The notes: generated by a model from the sequence alone, not told the origin. Numbered from the stretch's first letter, positions 38,360-49,345 are shown. The stretch is 64,000 nucleotides of DNA from an uncultured Muribaculaceae bacterium (GCA_964370475.1 CAYJJI010000001.1:50363-114362), one strand, 5' to 3'. Program-made: numbers and translations.

Positions 38360-39355
38360 CTAATTTTTACTAATTTTTAAATGTTCATAAGCTTTATCAG
38401 TAGCAATTCTCCCTCTTGGAGTTCTCTTAACAAAAGCTTCCTGTAATAAAAACGGCTCTACTACATCTTCAATAGTAGTAACCTCTTCTCCTATTGAAGT
38501 AGCAATCGTAGAAGCACCAACAGGACCACCATTAAATTTTAAAATCAAAGCTTCCAAATACTCTATATCAATAGCATCTAACCCAAACTCATCAACATTC
38601 AATCTTTTCAAACTAGTTCTAGTAATTTCGTCATCTATAACACTCGATTCCATAACTAAAGCAAAATCTCTAACTCTTTTAAACAACCTATTAGCAATTC
38701 TTGGAGTCTTACGACTTCTTTTAGCTAACTCCATCGCCGCACTATCCAAAATATCTATTTCAAGTACTCTACTAGTACGTTTAACAATTGATAACAATTC
38801 TTCTTCATTATAATAATTCAACTTACACACTATTCCAAAACGATCTCTAAGAGGTGAGGAAATGTCTCCAGCTCTTGTAGTTGCACCAACTAAAGTAAAT
38901 GGTGGTAAATCTATTTTCAAATTCCTAGATGATCCATCACCACCAGTAACAACGATATCTAAAACAAAATCTTCCATCGCTGGATACAGTATTTCTTCAA
39001 TATATCTTGGCATTCTATGAATTTCATCTACAAACAAAACATCTCCTTCTTCCAAAGTCGAAAGTATCGCAGCCAAATCTCCAGGCTTTTCTATAGAAGG
39101 ACCACTAGCAGTCTTAATCCCAGTACCCATCTCATTAGCAATAATGTGTGCTAAAGTAGTTTTACCTAGTCCCGGAGGGCCATATAATAATACATGATCT
39201 AACACTTCATCCCTAATCTTACTAGCTTTAATAAACACTCTTAAATTATCTTTAATCTCACTTTGTCCAACATACTCATCTAACGATGCTGGTCTAATAT
39301 TCAAATCTACATCATCTATTAATTGATTCTTATCCATAATACTCAATCTAATCAC
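38360..39355 (-). CDS. ruvB: Holliday junction DNA helicase RuvB
   Basis: [20 protein letters not shown], typical 331 aa. Confidence 0.9.
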   Translation of the reverse strand: MIRLSIMDKNQLIDDVDLNIRPASLDEYVGQSEIKDNLRVFIKASKIRDEVLDHVLLYGPPGLGKTTLAHIIANEMGTGIKTASGPSIEKPGDLAAILSTLEEGDVLFVDEIHRMPRYIEEILYPAMEDFVLDIVVTGGDGSSRNLKIDLPPFTLVGATTRAGDISSPLRDRFGIVCKLNYYNEEELLSIVKRTSRVLEIDILDSAAMELAKRSRKTPRIANRLFKRVRDFALVMESSVIDDEITRTSLKRLNVDEFGLDAIDIEYLEALILKFNGGPVGASTIATSIGEEVTTIEDVVEPFLLQEAFVKRTPRGRIATDKAYEHLKISKN

Positions 39356-39906
39356 CTACTCATCAATAATTTTAAAGCTTCTTTAACTTGTGACTCTACA
39401 GGATTACTTTGATTAATCTTAGGTAATATCTTTTTAATATCAGCACTCTTATAACCAAGACTTTCAAGCACATTAGTTAATTCTTCATTAGTATTAGCAA
39501 CAGTAAACAAATTATTAACCAATTTACCTTTAAGATCCAAAATAATTTGTCTAGCAACTTTATCTCCAATCTTAGGAAACTTTGTTAAATATAAAATATT
39601 CTCTCTATCAATAGCATCTATAACACCATTAATATTACCTGTAGCTAAAAATGGTAACGCCACTTTAGGACCAACACCCTTTACATTAATTAATTTTAAA
39701 AATAAAGTTTTCTCTTCACTACTCTTAAACCCATACAAAGAATATTCATCTTCTCTTATATGACTATAAATAAAAACTTTATACTCATCTCCTACTTGAT
39801 AAATAAATGGATTTGCAACAAATACCGCATATCCAATCCCATTATTATCTATTACAATATAATTACTTGCTACCTCAGCAACATTTCCTTTAATATAGTT
39901 ATACAT
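39352..39906 (-). CDS. ruvA: Holliday junction DNA helicase RuvA
   Basis: Start refined to MYNYIKG (GGAGG ribosome-binding site); the ORF track start is a longer upstream extension. HhH motifs [12 protein letters not shown]. Confidence 0.85.
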   Translation of the reverse strand: MYNYIKGNVAEVASNYIVIDNNGIGYAVFVANPFIYQVGDEYKVFIYSHIREDEYSLYGFKSSEEKTLFLKLINVKGVGPKVALPFLATGNINGVIDAIDRENILYLTKFPKIGDKVARQIILDLKGKLVNNLFTVANTNEELTNVLESLGYKSADIKKILPKINQSNPVESQVKEALKLLMSR

Positions 39907-39988
39907 TCTAACCTCCATACCAAGTATACCAAACAATCGTTTGGTAATCAACCAAAAATTAAATTCAATCAAACAAAAAGAATATATC

Positions 39989-41023
39989 TTACATATTCTT
40001 AAGTTTTCTAAATCTTTTACTTGGTAAAGTGTAACAGACATCATAATCCATATAATAATCCTTAACACTATCATTATAATAATCTAAAACTTCACAAGTA
40101 TCAGTAGATATTTTATAATTCGCTATTGAAGCTAAAGCATAAGATAAACAAAAAGCCATTCCAACATAAGCAATCGCTAACATAGATTGTGTAAATGCAT
40201 CATGATCAGCTACCAATTCATTTAAAGACTCATCATAATCATAAAATCTATGATTAAATATTACTTCTTCATCCATATTATCAGGCACTTCATCACTATA
40301 TTCCGTAAACTTTTCTACAGAATCAAGATCCACAAATTCTTCGATAAAAGAAAAATCATCAGTAGCAGTAAAATCAACCAACATATCTACATTATCTAAT
40401 ATTTTACTATTTAAAACTCTATAATTAATTACATCTCTTTGATACTTACCATCTACATTTATCCAAGCAGAAAAATAACTAATATCACTTACAGCTGTTT
40501 TAGAAGAAGAACCATTTTCATTATATATTCTACCTTCTTTCATATAAAAATCATCTGAACTATCAGTTACTAAACTAATATCACCATCACTATAAGTATT
40601 AGTAATATAACTAACATCATCGTTATAGTCAACATTTCTACTAATTTTAAACGAAGATTCACTAAAACCAGCTAAGTAAACAGTAAACGATGCAACAATT
40701 GCAACAATTACACCTGCATTTACCAAAGGTAAAGTTCTTTTTTTAATAATAGTACTTCTATTTGCCAAATAATGTTCATCTATTTCATGAGACTCAGTTA
40801 TCATATCAATTTCATTTTGAATACGTTCATACTCACTTATTAATTCACTTTTTTCATTAGTAAGTTTATATTCAACAGATGATTGATATTCCCCACAAAT
40901 ACAATTAGACAATTCATTTTCCAATTCATCCAAACGCTTCTCAATAATATCTCGTTCTTTAAGTAAAATAACTATTTTATTTTTTTCATACTCCACTAAT
41001 TTTTTATAATCTTTTTTATTCAT
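39989..41023 (-). CDS. Membrane protein, paralog B: cytoplasmic coiled-coil N-terminus, TM, ~170-aa extracytoplasmic region, second TM, Tyr-rich cytoplasmic tail
   Basis: 344 aa. Paralogous to the adjacent 325-aa protein (shared segments around the first TM ..YLAGFSESS.. vs ..YLLGFSDSF.. and tail ..LPSKRFRKL vs ..PSSKRLERF). Confidence 0.35.
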   Translation of the reverse strand: MNKKDYKKLVEYEKNKIVILLKERDIIEKRLDELENELSNCICGEYQSSVEYKLTNEKSELISEYERIQNEIDMITESHEIDEHYLANRSTIIKKRTLPLVNAGVIVAIVASFTVYLAGFSESSFKISRNVDYNDDVSYITNTYSDGDISLVTDSSDDFYMKEGRIYNENGSSSKTAVSDISYFSAWINVDGKYQRDVINYRVLNSKILDNVDMLVDFTATDDFSFIEEFVDLDSVEKFTEYSDEVPDNMDEEVIFNHRFYDYDESLNELVADHDAFTQSMLAIAYVGMAFCLSYALASIANYKISTDTCEVLDYYNDSVKDYYMDYDVCYTLPSKRFRKLKNM

Positions 41024-42001
41024 TTATTTTATTCCTCCAAATCTTTCCAACCTTTTAGAACTAGGTTTATATTCTTCATTATAATTCTCCTTATAACAAT
41101 TCTTATATTTATCAATATCATATTTCATATAAAGCAATTCAAGATAAGAACTTTTATGCATAAGTTTTACTATATTAATTAAATTAGAATAAAGACAACT
41201 ATTTAAAACAGTAAACGAAAATATTAAAAATATATTCAATAAAGTAGTTTTTTCTAAAACTAGCGAAGTATTAGATTCATCCATCTCAAAATCAGTTTGA
41301 TTATAGACTATATGTTGAGACATATTATCAGGAACATCTTCTTGAAATATATAAGAATTATTTAAAATTTTAATACTTTCTATCAATTGTATTATCTTTT
41401 CTATATCATCACTAATAGTAGCTTCTATCAACATATCAATATCAATTCCAGTAACATCATATTCAGTATATTCCCTTTGATATCCGTTATCAACTTGTTC
41501 CCATTTACCATAATGTTTAAGAACATCTTTTGAAACGTATTGATTACCACTACTATCGTATATAAGCTCATCTACATAAGAATATTGACTTGGATAAGTA
41601 ACAACATTAGAAACCTTCCCATCCACATATTCATACACTTTTTTATCAACACTATCATTTTTCGATATTTTTCTATTAATATTTAAAAACGAATCACTAA
41701 ATCCCAATAAATAAGTACTAATTGCCAGTGCACAAGTAGTAATAAAAGCAGCAATATATATAGGAGTTTTTTTTCTAATTACAACCCTCCTATTATAATT
41801 AGATATAGCATTATCTATTTGGTGTAAATCATCTATTTTTTTAATACTATCATCTAAATTTTTAATTGTTTCGTACATATCATTATTAGAATCATTAAAC
41901 CCATTATCAAGTTCATTCATTAATCCTTCTCTAATAATTAACATTGATTCCTTATTTTTATTCTCTTGTTTAATAACTTTCTTGTACATACAAGCCTCCA
42001 T
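41024..42001 (-). CDS. Membrane protein, paralog A of the same two-TM family
   Basis: 325 aa with the same architecture. Tail YKNCYKENYNEEYKPSSKRLERF. Confidence 0.35.
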   Translation of the reverse strand: MEACMYKKVIKQENKNKESMLIIREGLMNELDNGFNDSNNDMYETIKNLDDSIKKIDDLHQIDNAISNYNRRVVIRKKTPIYIAAFITTCALAISTYLLGFSDSFLNINRKISKNDSVDKKVYEYVDGKVSNVVTYPSQYSYVDELIYDSSGNQYVSKDVLKHYGKWEQVDNGYQREYTEYDVTGIDIDMLIEATISDDIEKIIQLIESIKILNNSYIFQEDVPDNMSQHIVYNQTDFEMDESNTSLVLEKTTLLNIFLIFSFTVLNSCLYSNLINIVKLMHKSSYLELLYMKYDIDKYKNCYKENYNEEYKPSSKRLERFGGIK

Positions 42002-42075
42002 TAAAATACTATACTACTATAGACTTAAAAAAACAATAGCTAAATAAAACATAAAAAAAACAAGTAATAACTTGT

Positions 42076-42417
42076 TTATCTAGATAAACCTTTACTATCA
42101 TTACCACTAATTTTAGCTATAACATTAGTAAAAAATTGTATCAATGGAATTTTATGTTTGACTTCAATTGTAGATCTTTTAGATTCAACATCTTCAGCAA
42201 CTTTACGAGCTAATATCCCTTCAATCATAAATTTCTCAGATAATAACAACTCTTGTTTTTCATCAAAAAAATTCCTAGCAGTATCTGAAAACTCAAATCC
42301 ACCTTCTCTACATTGTATCTTAAAGCCTTTAATACTAGAATCTAACTTTTTCATTTCATTATCAATAGAATCTAATTTCACTAAAAGTTCCTCAACCTCT
42401 AATTCTTCATATTTCAT
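42076..42417 (-). CDS. Hypothetical soluble protein (113 aa)
   Basis: No TM segment. Precedes the paralog pair. Confidence 0.3.
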   Translation of the reverse strand: MKYEELEVEELLVKLDSIDNEMKKLDSSIKGFKIQCREGGFEFSDTARNFFDEKQELLLSEKFMIEGILARKVAEDVESKRSTIEVKHKIPLIQFFTNVIAKISGNDSKGLSR

Positions 42418-42489
42418 TTATAAACCCCTTAACTAATATCATTATAGCACAAAATTAAGAAAAAAGCAAACAAACGTACTCCAACGAAC

Positions 42490-42517
42490 AAAAAAACAAT
42501 AGTATCAACTATTGTTA
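42490..42517 (-). terminator. Rho-independent terminator after tadC-like gene (aacaatagt-atca-actattgtt plus T-run on minus strand)
   Basis: 9-bp perfect stem overlapping the stop codon. Confidence 0.5.
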
Positions 42518-43204
42518 ATTTAAAAATTCTATAATTCTTGGAGCTAATATAATTAACATAACAACTGGTAGAAATAATAATAAACTAGCAATAAATACAT
42601 ATACAGGAACTCTATTAATCTTCTCTTTTAATAGAATAAAATTAAACTGTCTCATATCATCTACTTGATAATCCAAAGAAGTTATTATCTCACTCCCCAA
42701 TTTATTAGCTTGAATAAATAACTGAATAATACTTCTTATTTTAATAGAAGGTATTCTCTCAGCTAAAGAATTTAAAGACTCCTTTAAATTCTTACCACTC
42801 TTCATATCTTCTAAAGCCTTAAAAAATTCATCACTAAGTTCACCATCGATATTCTCACAACTAACTAACAAACTCTCACTAATCGACTTACCACTCTTTA
42901 AAGCTAAAGAAACCCCTTCAAAATAATATATAGCATTCTCTTCCAAAGTAACTATTCTAGATTTAATCTTATTATCAAATAAAATAACTCCCATACTTAT
43001 ATATATTACTACTACTATTATCGGAGCAAATATATATCCATAATCTCCTAAAAAACTAGCACCAATTAATATAATCATACATAGTATTAGTCTATTAAAC
43101 AAAAACTTATATACATTAGTATCATTACCACTTAATAAAGCCCTATTATTATAATAATCTATCGTCTTCTTAGAATATATTAACTTAACTAAACCTCTAA
43201 TCAT
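42515..43204 (-). CDS. Tad/Flp-type pilus assembly membrane protein (TadC-like, T2SSF domain)
   Basis: 229 aa. TM, then cytoplasmic helical T2SSF-like domain, then C-terminal TMs. Paired with the TadB-like gene. Confidence 0.5.
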   Translation of the reverse strand: MIRGLVKLIYSKKTIDYYNNRALLSGNDTNVYKFLFNRLILCMIILIGASFLGDYGYIFAPIIVVVIYISMGVILFDNKIKSRIVTLEENAIYYFEGVSLALKSGKSISESLLVSCENIDGELSDEFFKALEDMKSGKNLKESLNSLAERIPSIKIRSIIQLFIQANKLGSEIITSLDYQVDDMRQFNFILLKEKINRVPVYVFIASLLLFLPVVMLIILAPRIIEFLN

Positions 43205-44195
43205 TAAAAACCCTCCTTATTATCTTATCAATAACAAAGATATACGAAAAATAAAGAATTAATCCTATTACTACAATAATAATTCCAAGAACACTATATA
43301 TAGGATCAAAATAAGTACTATCAATATAATATATTCCTAAACATAGTACTGGAGGAATAAATAAAAGAATTTGATAAATCAACAAAGAAGTACTACTCAT
43401 TAACTTAAGTTCATTTCTTAATTTTCTCTTAGTATTAAAATTATTCATTAATCCATCAAACATATCAGAAATATTTCCTCCAGTTTTATGAACTAAAACC
43501 AAAGTCATTGCTATATGTTTAACTTCCTCAAGTCTAACCCTATCATAAAATCTATCAAACGCAACATCAATCTCTAATCCCTTATTTAAATCACTATTAA
43601 CTTTAGCAAATTCACCCTTTAAAGGACCATTTAACTCCTTAGAAACTAACTCTATAGCTTTATATATATTTAAATTAGCTTTAAAAGCATTATTCATAAC
43701 TACCAAAGCATTAAATAAATCATTATTTAACTCTTCCTTACGCTTTCTATATACACTAACAGTAACATAATCAGGACTAATATAACCTAGTACTAATATA
43801 ATAATAAAAGCCAAATAACTAAAATCATAATATCCATTTACAGCATATAAAGTATATAAACCATTTAATACTACAACTACTAAAAACTTAACTAAAACAA
43901 ATTTTACTAAATCATCATCACTTTCAATATACAACTTATATCTAGAAGCTATTCCATTAATAATAAAACTCTTCTTAAATAACTTAACAAAAAAATCACT
44001 AATTTTATTTAAAAATCTAACTATCCTATCCTGCAAAGAATTTGCTCCTACATAACTATTTCTAACAGAATACTTAGAAACCCTTTTAGCAACCTTTAAA
44101 TTCTTAAAAGATACAATAATCCATACTAAAAAAATAATTCCCAGAATCATTAAACCAATTTTTCCAAAACTTATTATTTCAGCAAATTCCACCAT
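43197..44195 (-). CDS. Tad/Flp-type pilus assembly membrane protein (TadB-like, T2SSF domain)
   Basis: 332 aa. Same architecture. 8-nt overlap with the ATPase gene. Confidence 0.5.
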   Translation of the reverse strand: MVEFAEIISFGKIGLMILGIIFLVWIIVSFKNLKVAKRVSKYSVRNSYVGANSLQDRIVRFLNKISDFFVKLFKKSFIINGIASRYKLYIESDDDLVKFVLVKFLVVVVLNGLYTLYAVNGYYDFSYLAFIIILVLGYISPDYVTVSVYRKRKEELNNDLFNALVVMNNAFKANLNIYKAIELVSKELNGPLKGEFAKVNSDLNKGLEIDVAFDRFYDRVRLEEVKHIAMTLVLVHKTGGNISDMFDGLMNNFNTKRKLRNELKLMSSTSLLIYQILLFIPPVLCLGIYYIDSTYFDPIYSVLGIIIVVIGLILYFSYIFVIDKIIRRVFND

Positions 44196-44203
44196 AAACC
44201 TCC

Positions 44204-45520
44204 TTAAGAATTAAAAATATCATCTATACTACTAATCCCTTTATTCTTTATCTTTTTATAAGATAAAGAATTAACATTATTAAGATTATAACTTCCATTA
44301 ACTAATCCACCACTAGTTAAACCATCTTGTACAAAAGAAAATACTTCATTTAATACAATATTACCTTCTCTAAGACCTATCACTTCACTAATACTAGTTA
44401 TTTTTCTTCTGCCATCACTTAGTCTTCCAAGTTGAATAACTATATCTATAGCTCCAGTAATATATTCTCTAACACTATTAATAGGTATATCTAAATTACT
44501 CATTAAAACCATTGTTTCTAGTCTATTTAAAGCCTCTACAGGAGAATTAGCATGTAACGTAGACATAGATCCCTCATGGCCTGTATTCATTGCTTGAAGC
44601 ATATCAAATGCTTCTCCACCACGAACTTCACCAACTATTATTCTATCAGGTCTCATTCTAAGAGCATTTAAAACTAAATCTCTAATCGAAACATCTCCCT
44701 TAGCACCATAATTAACCTTTCTAGTTTCTAAAGTAATTACATGTTCTTGTTTCAATTTTAATTCAGCAGCATCCTCTATAGTAACAATTCTTTCATTTTC
44801 ATTAATAAAAGAACTTAATACATTTAATAATGATGTTTTACCACTACTAGATCCTCCACTTACAACAATATTTAACTTAGCTATAACACAAGCTTCCAAA
44901 AATCTAGCCATATAAGGAGTTATACTTCCAGTACGAATCATATCATCAATATTATCCATCTCACCACTAAACTTACGTATCGTAATTATCGGACTTTTAG
45001 ATAAAGGAGGAATAATAGCGTTAAACCTAGACCCATCACTAAGCCTAGCATCAACCATTGGATTACTTGCATCTATAACCCTACCAACACTTCCAATTAA
45101 TCTTTCAATAGTACTCATTATATGATCATCATTAATAAAAGAAACAGAATTATCCTTAATTAATTGACCTTCAATTTCTATATAAATATCACTAGGTCCA
45201 TTAACCATTATTTCCGTGACATCTTTATCTTTTAATAAAGATGTCAAAGGACCATATCCATTTAATTCATCTTCAATTAAATTATATAAATGATTTCTTT
45301 GTAATACTGATAAATCAATACCATCAACAAATCTATCAATCTCTTCATTAATAAAAGAACTAAGTGATTGATCACTTCTTTTTTCCTTATCAATTAAAGA
45401 ACTAATAATCTTTTCTCTAAGTGAATCCAATAACTTCTTATCTTTAAAAGCTTCGTAATCTTTAACATCATCAATTAAAGATTTACTCTTAAATTCAAAA
45501 GCATCTAATAACTTAGTCAT
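44204..45520 (-). CDS. CpaF/TadA-family type II/IV secretion ATPase
   Basis: Walker A VSGGSSSGKTSLLN, Asp box, Walker B IIVGEVRGGEA, His box MNTGHEGSMSTLHAN. Confidence 0.8.
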   Translation of the reverse strand: MTKLLDAFEFKSKSLIDDVKDYEAFKDKKLLDSLREKIISSLIDKEKRSDQSLSSFINEEIDRFVDGIDLSVLQRNHLYNLIEDELNGYGPLTSLLKDKDVTEIMVNGPSDIYIEIEGQLIKDNSVSFINDDHIMSTIERLIGSVGRVIDASNPMVDARLSDGSRFNAIIPPLSKSPIITIRKFSGEMDNIDDMIRTGSITPYMARFLEACVIAKLNIVVSGGSSSGKTSLLNVLSSFINENERIVTIEDAAELKLKQEHVITLETRKVNYGAKGDVSIRDLVLNALRMRPDRIIVGEVRGGEAFDMLQAMNTGHEGSMSTLHANSPVEALNRLETMVLMSNLDIPINSVREYITGAIDIVIQLGRLSDGRRKITSISEVIGLREGNIVLNEVFSFVQDGLTSGGLVNGSYNLNNVNSLSYKKIKNKGISSIDDIFNS

Positions 45521-46310
45521 GATTAATCACCTCACCTTTAAATAAATCAGCAATAATCATCATCATCGTTGAATAATCCTTAGTAAATAATTTTGAATAT
45601 TTCTTCTCTAGCGTTGGAATCTTACCATTCATCAAATAGTTATCTATATTCTTTAAAAAAGCTTCTTTAGATAAAGTATAATCAATATTACTCTTAATTA
45701 TCGATTTAATATTGAACACTGAAAAATACTCTTTAAAAGGGTCTCTACTATTATTAAGTAATACCTTGTATTTAGTAAATTCGGCATTATTAAAAACATT
45801 AACTAAAGATCTCATATTCTTTAAATCAATCAAATCATTAGTAACTAAAAACAACACCATATCAGCCAACGACATAATCAACAAATTATGTTCATTAATA
45901 ATATGATTAGTATCTATAATAACAAAATCATAATAATTTGTTGATTTTTCAATTACTTGTTCTACAAATTTAGAATCAATCTTATTAGCTTGTCTAGGAT
46001 CTTTAGGACAAGCCAATATATCAATATTTTTACTATATTTCACAGTATAATCATCCAATTTTTTATAAGCACCACTATTGATATCAGTATATAAAGTAAA
46101 TAAATTAGTTTGATAATTAACATTTAAAGAAGCAGCTACTCCACCACTATATAAATCAAAATCAACTAATAATACTTTTTTGTCAAGTGCCTCAGCACAA
46201 CCAGCTATATTAAGAGCAGTAATCGTCTTACCAACTCCACCTTTAGCACTGCTAATACACAAAGATTTACCCTTCTTTAACGTCATAAAACCATTCCCGT
46301 CTTCATCCAA
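45513..46310 (-). CDS. ParA/MinD-family ATPase (CpaE/TadZ-like, no receiver domain)
   Basis: Deviant Walker A SAKGGVGKT. 265 aa. Overlaps the tadA start. Confidence 0.55.
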   Translation of the reverse strand: MDEDGNGFMTLKKGKSLCISSAKGGVGKTITALNIAGCAEALDKKVLLVDFDLYSGGVAASLNVNYQTNLFTLYTDINSGAYKKLDDYTVKYSKNIDILACPKDPRQANKIDSKFVEQVIEKSTNYYDFVIIDTNHIINEHNLLIMSLADMVLFLVTNDLIDLKNMRSLVNVFNNAEFTKYKVLLNNSRDPFKEYFSVFNIKSIIKSNIDYTLSKEAFLKNIDNYLMNGKIPTLEKKYSKLFTKDYSTMMMIIADLFKGEVINHD

Positions 46311-46373
46311 AAACCCCTACTATACAATAATAAAATTATAACATAAACTTACATAAAAAAAAAGAAGTAATTA

Positions 46374-47648
46374 CTACTCCTTAAAAATAAACATATAATC
46401 TAAAATTTGAACTTCGTCTCCAGCTTGCGCTCCAACTCTTTCTAGCTCAGTTTCTACACCCATACCTCTTAACTTACGAGCAAATCTCATAACAGAAGCA
46501 TCTTCAGTAAATTTAGTCATTCTAAATAACTTCTCAATTTCCTTACCTTCAATAACCCAAACACCATTATCATTTTTAATAGTATAAGGTTTTTCATTTT
46601 TAAATTTAAATATAACATGAGATTCAAACGAAGACTCATCATATACATCTTCTAAAATAGTTTTATCAAGTAAATCAGCTAAAGAAGTTAAACAATCATG
46701 GAATCCTTCATCAGTCAAAGCTGATATAGGAAACACCGCCAAATCAGGATAAGCTAATTTAAATTTTTCTAAATTATCATAAGCTCCCTCAATATCCATT
46801 TTATTTGCAATAACAATAGCAGGCTTTCTACTAAGTTTATCATCGTATTTATCTATTTCTTCTTTAATAACCTTATAATCTTCAATAGGATCTCTACCTT
46901 CAAAAGCTCCCATATCAATAACATGAGCAAGAATTCTAGTACGCATTGCATGTTTTAAAAATTTATGACCAAGACCTATACCTTCTGATGCTCCCTCAAT
47001 TAAACCAGGCAAATCAGCCATTACAAACGATCTTTGATCACCAAGTGTAACCAAACCTAAATTAGGATTTAACGTAGTAAAATGATAAGCTCCTATTTTA
47101 GGTTTAGAAGAACTAATAGCACCTAAAATAGTACTTTTACCAACACTTGGCATTCCTACTAAACCTACATCAGCAAGTAACATTAATTCACAACGAATCA
47201 TTCTCTCTTCTCCAGGTTCACCATATTCACTTAACTTAGGAGCTGGATCAGAATTAGTAGCAAAAGCTCTATTTCCTCTACCTCCACGTCCTCCATTAGC
47301 AACAATAACTTCATTATTCTCACCAACTAAATCTGCAATAACTAAACCAGTATCCTCATCAATAACAGTAGTTCCTTCAGGAACTTTGATAACAACAGCA
47401 TCAGCACTTTCACCAGTTCTGTTACTCCCTTTACCATTAACTCCCTTAGGACCTTTTATAGTTTTCATATATCTAAGATCAATTAATGTTTTAAGACCTT
47501 TATCCACACGAAAAATAATGTCTGAACCCTTTCCACCAGATCCTCCATCAGGACCTCCCATAGGTACACACAATTCTCTTCTAAAAGATGTACAACCATC
47601 TCCACCTTTACCAGCAGTAACGCTGATAACAACTTCATCTATAAACAT
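46374..47648 (-). CDS. obg: GTPase Obg
   Basis: Gly-rich Obg fold, G1 GMPSVGKST, G3 DLPGLIEGA, C-terminal TGS-like domain. 424 aa. Confidence 0.9.
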   Translation of the reverse strand: MFIDEVVISVTAGKGGDGCTSFRRELCVPMGGPDGGSGGKGSDIIFRVDKGLKTLIDLRYMKTIKGPKGVNGKGSNRTGESADAVVIKVPEGTTVIDEDTGLVIADLVGENNEVIVANGGRGGRGNRAFATNSDPAPKLSEYGEPGEERMIRCELMLLADVGLVGMPSVGKSTILGAISSSKPKIGAYHFTTLNPNLGLVTLGDQRSFVMADLPGLIEGASEGIGLGHKFLKHAMRTRILAHVIDMGAFEGRDPIEDYKVIKEEIDKYDDKLSRKPAIVIANKMDIEGAYDNLEKFKLAYPDLAVFPISALTDEGFHDCLTSLADLLDKTILEDVYDESSFESHVIFKFKNEKPYTIKNDNGVWVIEGKEIEKLFRMTKFTEDASVMRFARKLRGMGVETELERVGAQAGDEVQILDYMFIFKE

Positions 47649-47695
47649 AATTCATCACCAAAAACATTATAACATAAAAAAATAATTCTTTCGAA

Positions 47696-48364
47696 TTATT
47701 TTTCACATTTTAGTTCATCATACCCATCTTCGTAATAATCTTCAACATCTCTTACATCATCAAAATCCATATCATCCATATATTCTTCTAATGCTTCACC
47801 TTTTAAAGTCATTGTTGAAATAACATTATCTCCACTTTTTTTGATAGTAATATTAAATCCATCAACATCAGCATCATCAATTTCATCTTCAGCATCGTCT
47901 TTTAAATCTTCAATATATTCATCAATATCATCATAATCAAGATAATCTAACATATCTTCAAAATCTTTATCAGTATGATCCATAATAGTTTTAACTTCTA
48001 AATAAGTAACTTCATCATCTCCATTATATTTAGCTTCAACAATAGTTTCAGAGTAATCATCTTTACCTTCACAAACCATTTTATTACCACCAAATACAAC
48101 AAGTAATACAATTATTAATAATAACGCACCACCAGCACCTAAAACTAATGTAGTATTCTTTTTATAGAAATCTTTAGCGAATTCTAAACCTTTCTTGCCT
48201 TTATTAGCAACATCGTTAACAACTTTGTTAACATCAATTTCAGGAGCTGTACCAACTTCTTCAGTTGAAGCTTCTTTAACTGAAGCACCTTTCATTTCAG
48301 CTCCACAATCAGCACAGAACTTTGCACTTACATTGTTTTTTTTGCCACATTTTTCACAAAACAT
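47696..48364 (-). CDS. Zinc-ribbon plus single-TM protein with highly acidic C-terminal region
   Basis: MFCEKCGKKNNVSAKFCADCG zinc ribbon, then a TM helix. Occupies the slot between rpmA and obg where Bacilli carry spo0B. Confidence 0.4.
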   Translation of the reverse strand: MFCEKCGKKNNVSAKFCADCGAEMKGASVKEASTEEVGTAPEIDVNKVVNDVANKGKKGLEFAKDFYKKNTTLVLGAGGALLLIIVLLVVFGGNKMVCEGKDDYSETIVEAKYNGDDEVTYLEVKTIMDHTDKDFEDMLDYLDYDDIDEYIEDLKDDAEDEIDDADVDGFNITIKKSGDNVISTMTLKGEALEEYMDDMDFDDVRDVEDYYEDGYDELKCEK

Positions 48365-48445
48365 AACACATACCTCTCTTCTATATCAATAATATATCAA
48401 AAAACTAAAAATATGTCTATAAATTAAAGCCATAAAAAAAAGTAT

Positions 48446-48733
48446 TTACGCTACTTCGTAAACACTTACTTTTTTCTTATCGCGACCAAGGCGTTCATAT
48501 CTAACAACACCTTCTACTTTAGCGAATAAAGTATGATCTTTTCCTATTCCAACATTTGCACCAGGATTAATCTTAGTTCCTCTTTGACGATAAATAATTG
48601 CACCAGCAGTTATTTTTTGTCCATCAGCAACTTTAGCTCCTAAACGACGTCCTCTAGAGTCACGTCCGTTTTGAGTTGAAGATTGTCCTTTTTTATGAGC
48701 AAATAATTGGATATTTAATTTAATAAACATCAT
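48446..48733 (-). CDS. rpmA: 50S ribosomal protein L27 with cleavable N-terminal extension
   Basis: [26 protein letters not shown]. The extension matches the Prp cleavage motif. Confidence 0.9.
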   Translation of the reverse strand: MMFIKLNIQLFAHKKGQSSTQNGRDSRGRRLGAKVADGQKITAGAIIYRQRGTKINPGANVGIGKDHTLFAKVEGVVRYERLGRDKKKVSVYEVA

Positions 48734-49041
48734 TATTCCTCTTCTCTAATTTTAATATTTTTAGGATAATCTTTTGACAACTCAGTTAATACATTAACTA
48801 AGTTCATCAATATTTTATCATTTAAGTCATCATGCTTTAAAACTTTAATTAAAACATAACCTTCATTTTCCTGATAATTAACTAATTCATTTAAAGATAA
48901 TATAAGATTAACACTAGTAAGTACAGCACTAGATACGGCAGCACAAACTATATCTTTTCCATGCTCATTAAAATTAGCATGTCCTTTAATTTCGATAGAA
49001 TTAATATAATCATTCTTAGAAGTAATTAATACTTTAATCAT
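48733..49041 (-). CDS. prp: Ribosomal-processing cysteine protease Prp (DUF464)
   Basis: 102 aa containing [21 protein letters not shown], located between rplU and rpmA. Confidence 0.7.
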   Translation of the reverse strand: MIKVLITSKNDYINSIEIKGHANFNEHGKDIVCAAVSSAVLTSVNLILSLNELVNYQENEGYVLIKVLKHDDLNDKILMNLVNVLTELSKDYPKNIKIREEE

Positions 49042-49042
49042 A

Positions 49043-49345
49043 TTATTTTACTTCTATAGCTTTAACGATTAATTTAGTATATGGTTGACGATGACCTTGA
49101 GTTTTACGATATTTCTTTTTAGGTTTGTATTTAAAAACAATTATTTTCTTTTGTTTTCCGTGTTTTTCAACATCACAAACAACTTTTGCTCCTTTAACAA
49201 ATGGAGTTCCAGTTTTACCATCAACATATAACACTTCGTTAAATACGATTTCACTTCCAGCTTCGTTATCTAATTTTTCAACATAAATAACATCACCATT
49301 AGTAACATAATATTGTTTACCGCCTGTTACGAATATAGCTTTCAT
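49043..49345 (-). CDS. rplU: 50S ribosomal protein L21
   Basis: [15 protein letters not shown]-terminus, 100 aa. Confidence 0.9.
   Translation of the reverse strand: MKAIFVTGGKQYYVTNGDVIYVEKLDNEAGSEIVFNEVLYVDGKTGTPFVKGAKVVCDVEKHGKQKKIIVFKYKPKKKYRKTQGHRQPYTKLIVKAIEVK

Noticed and set aside
42076-42417. Flp-type prepilin hidden near the Tad-like genes
   Set aside because: All intergenic gaps around the cluster are under 100 nt. The 113-aa ORF has no hydrophobic N-terminal segment, so no Flp candidate can be supported in this window.
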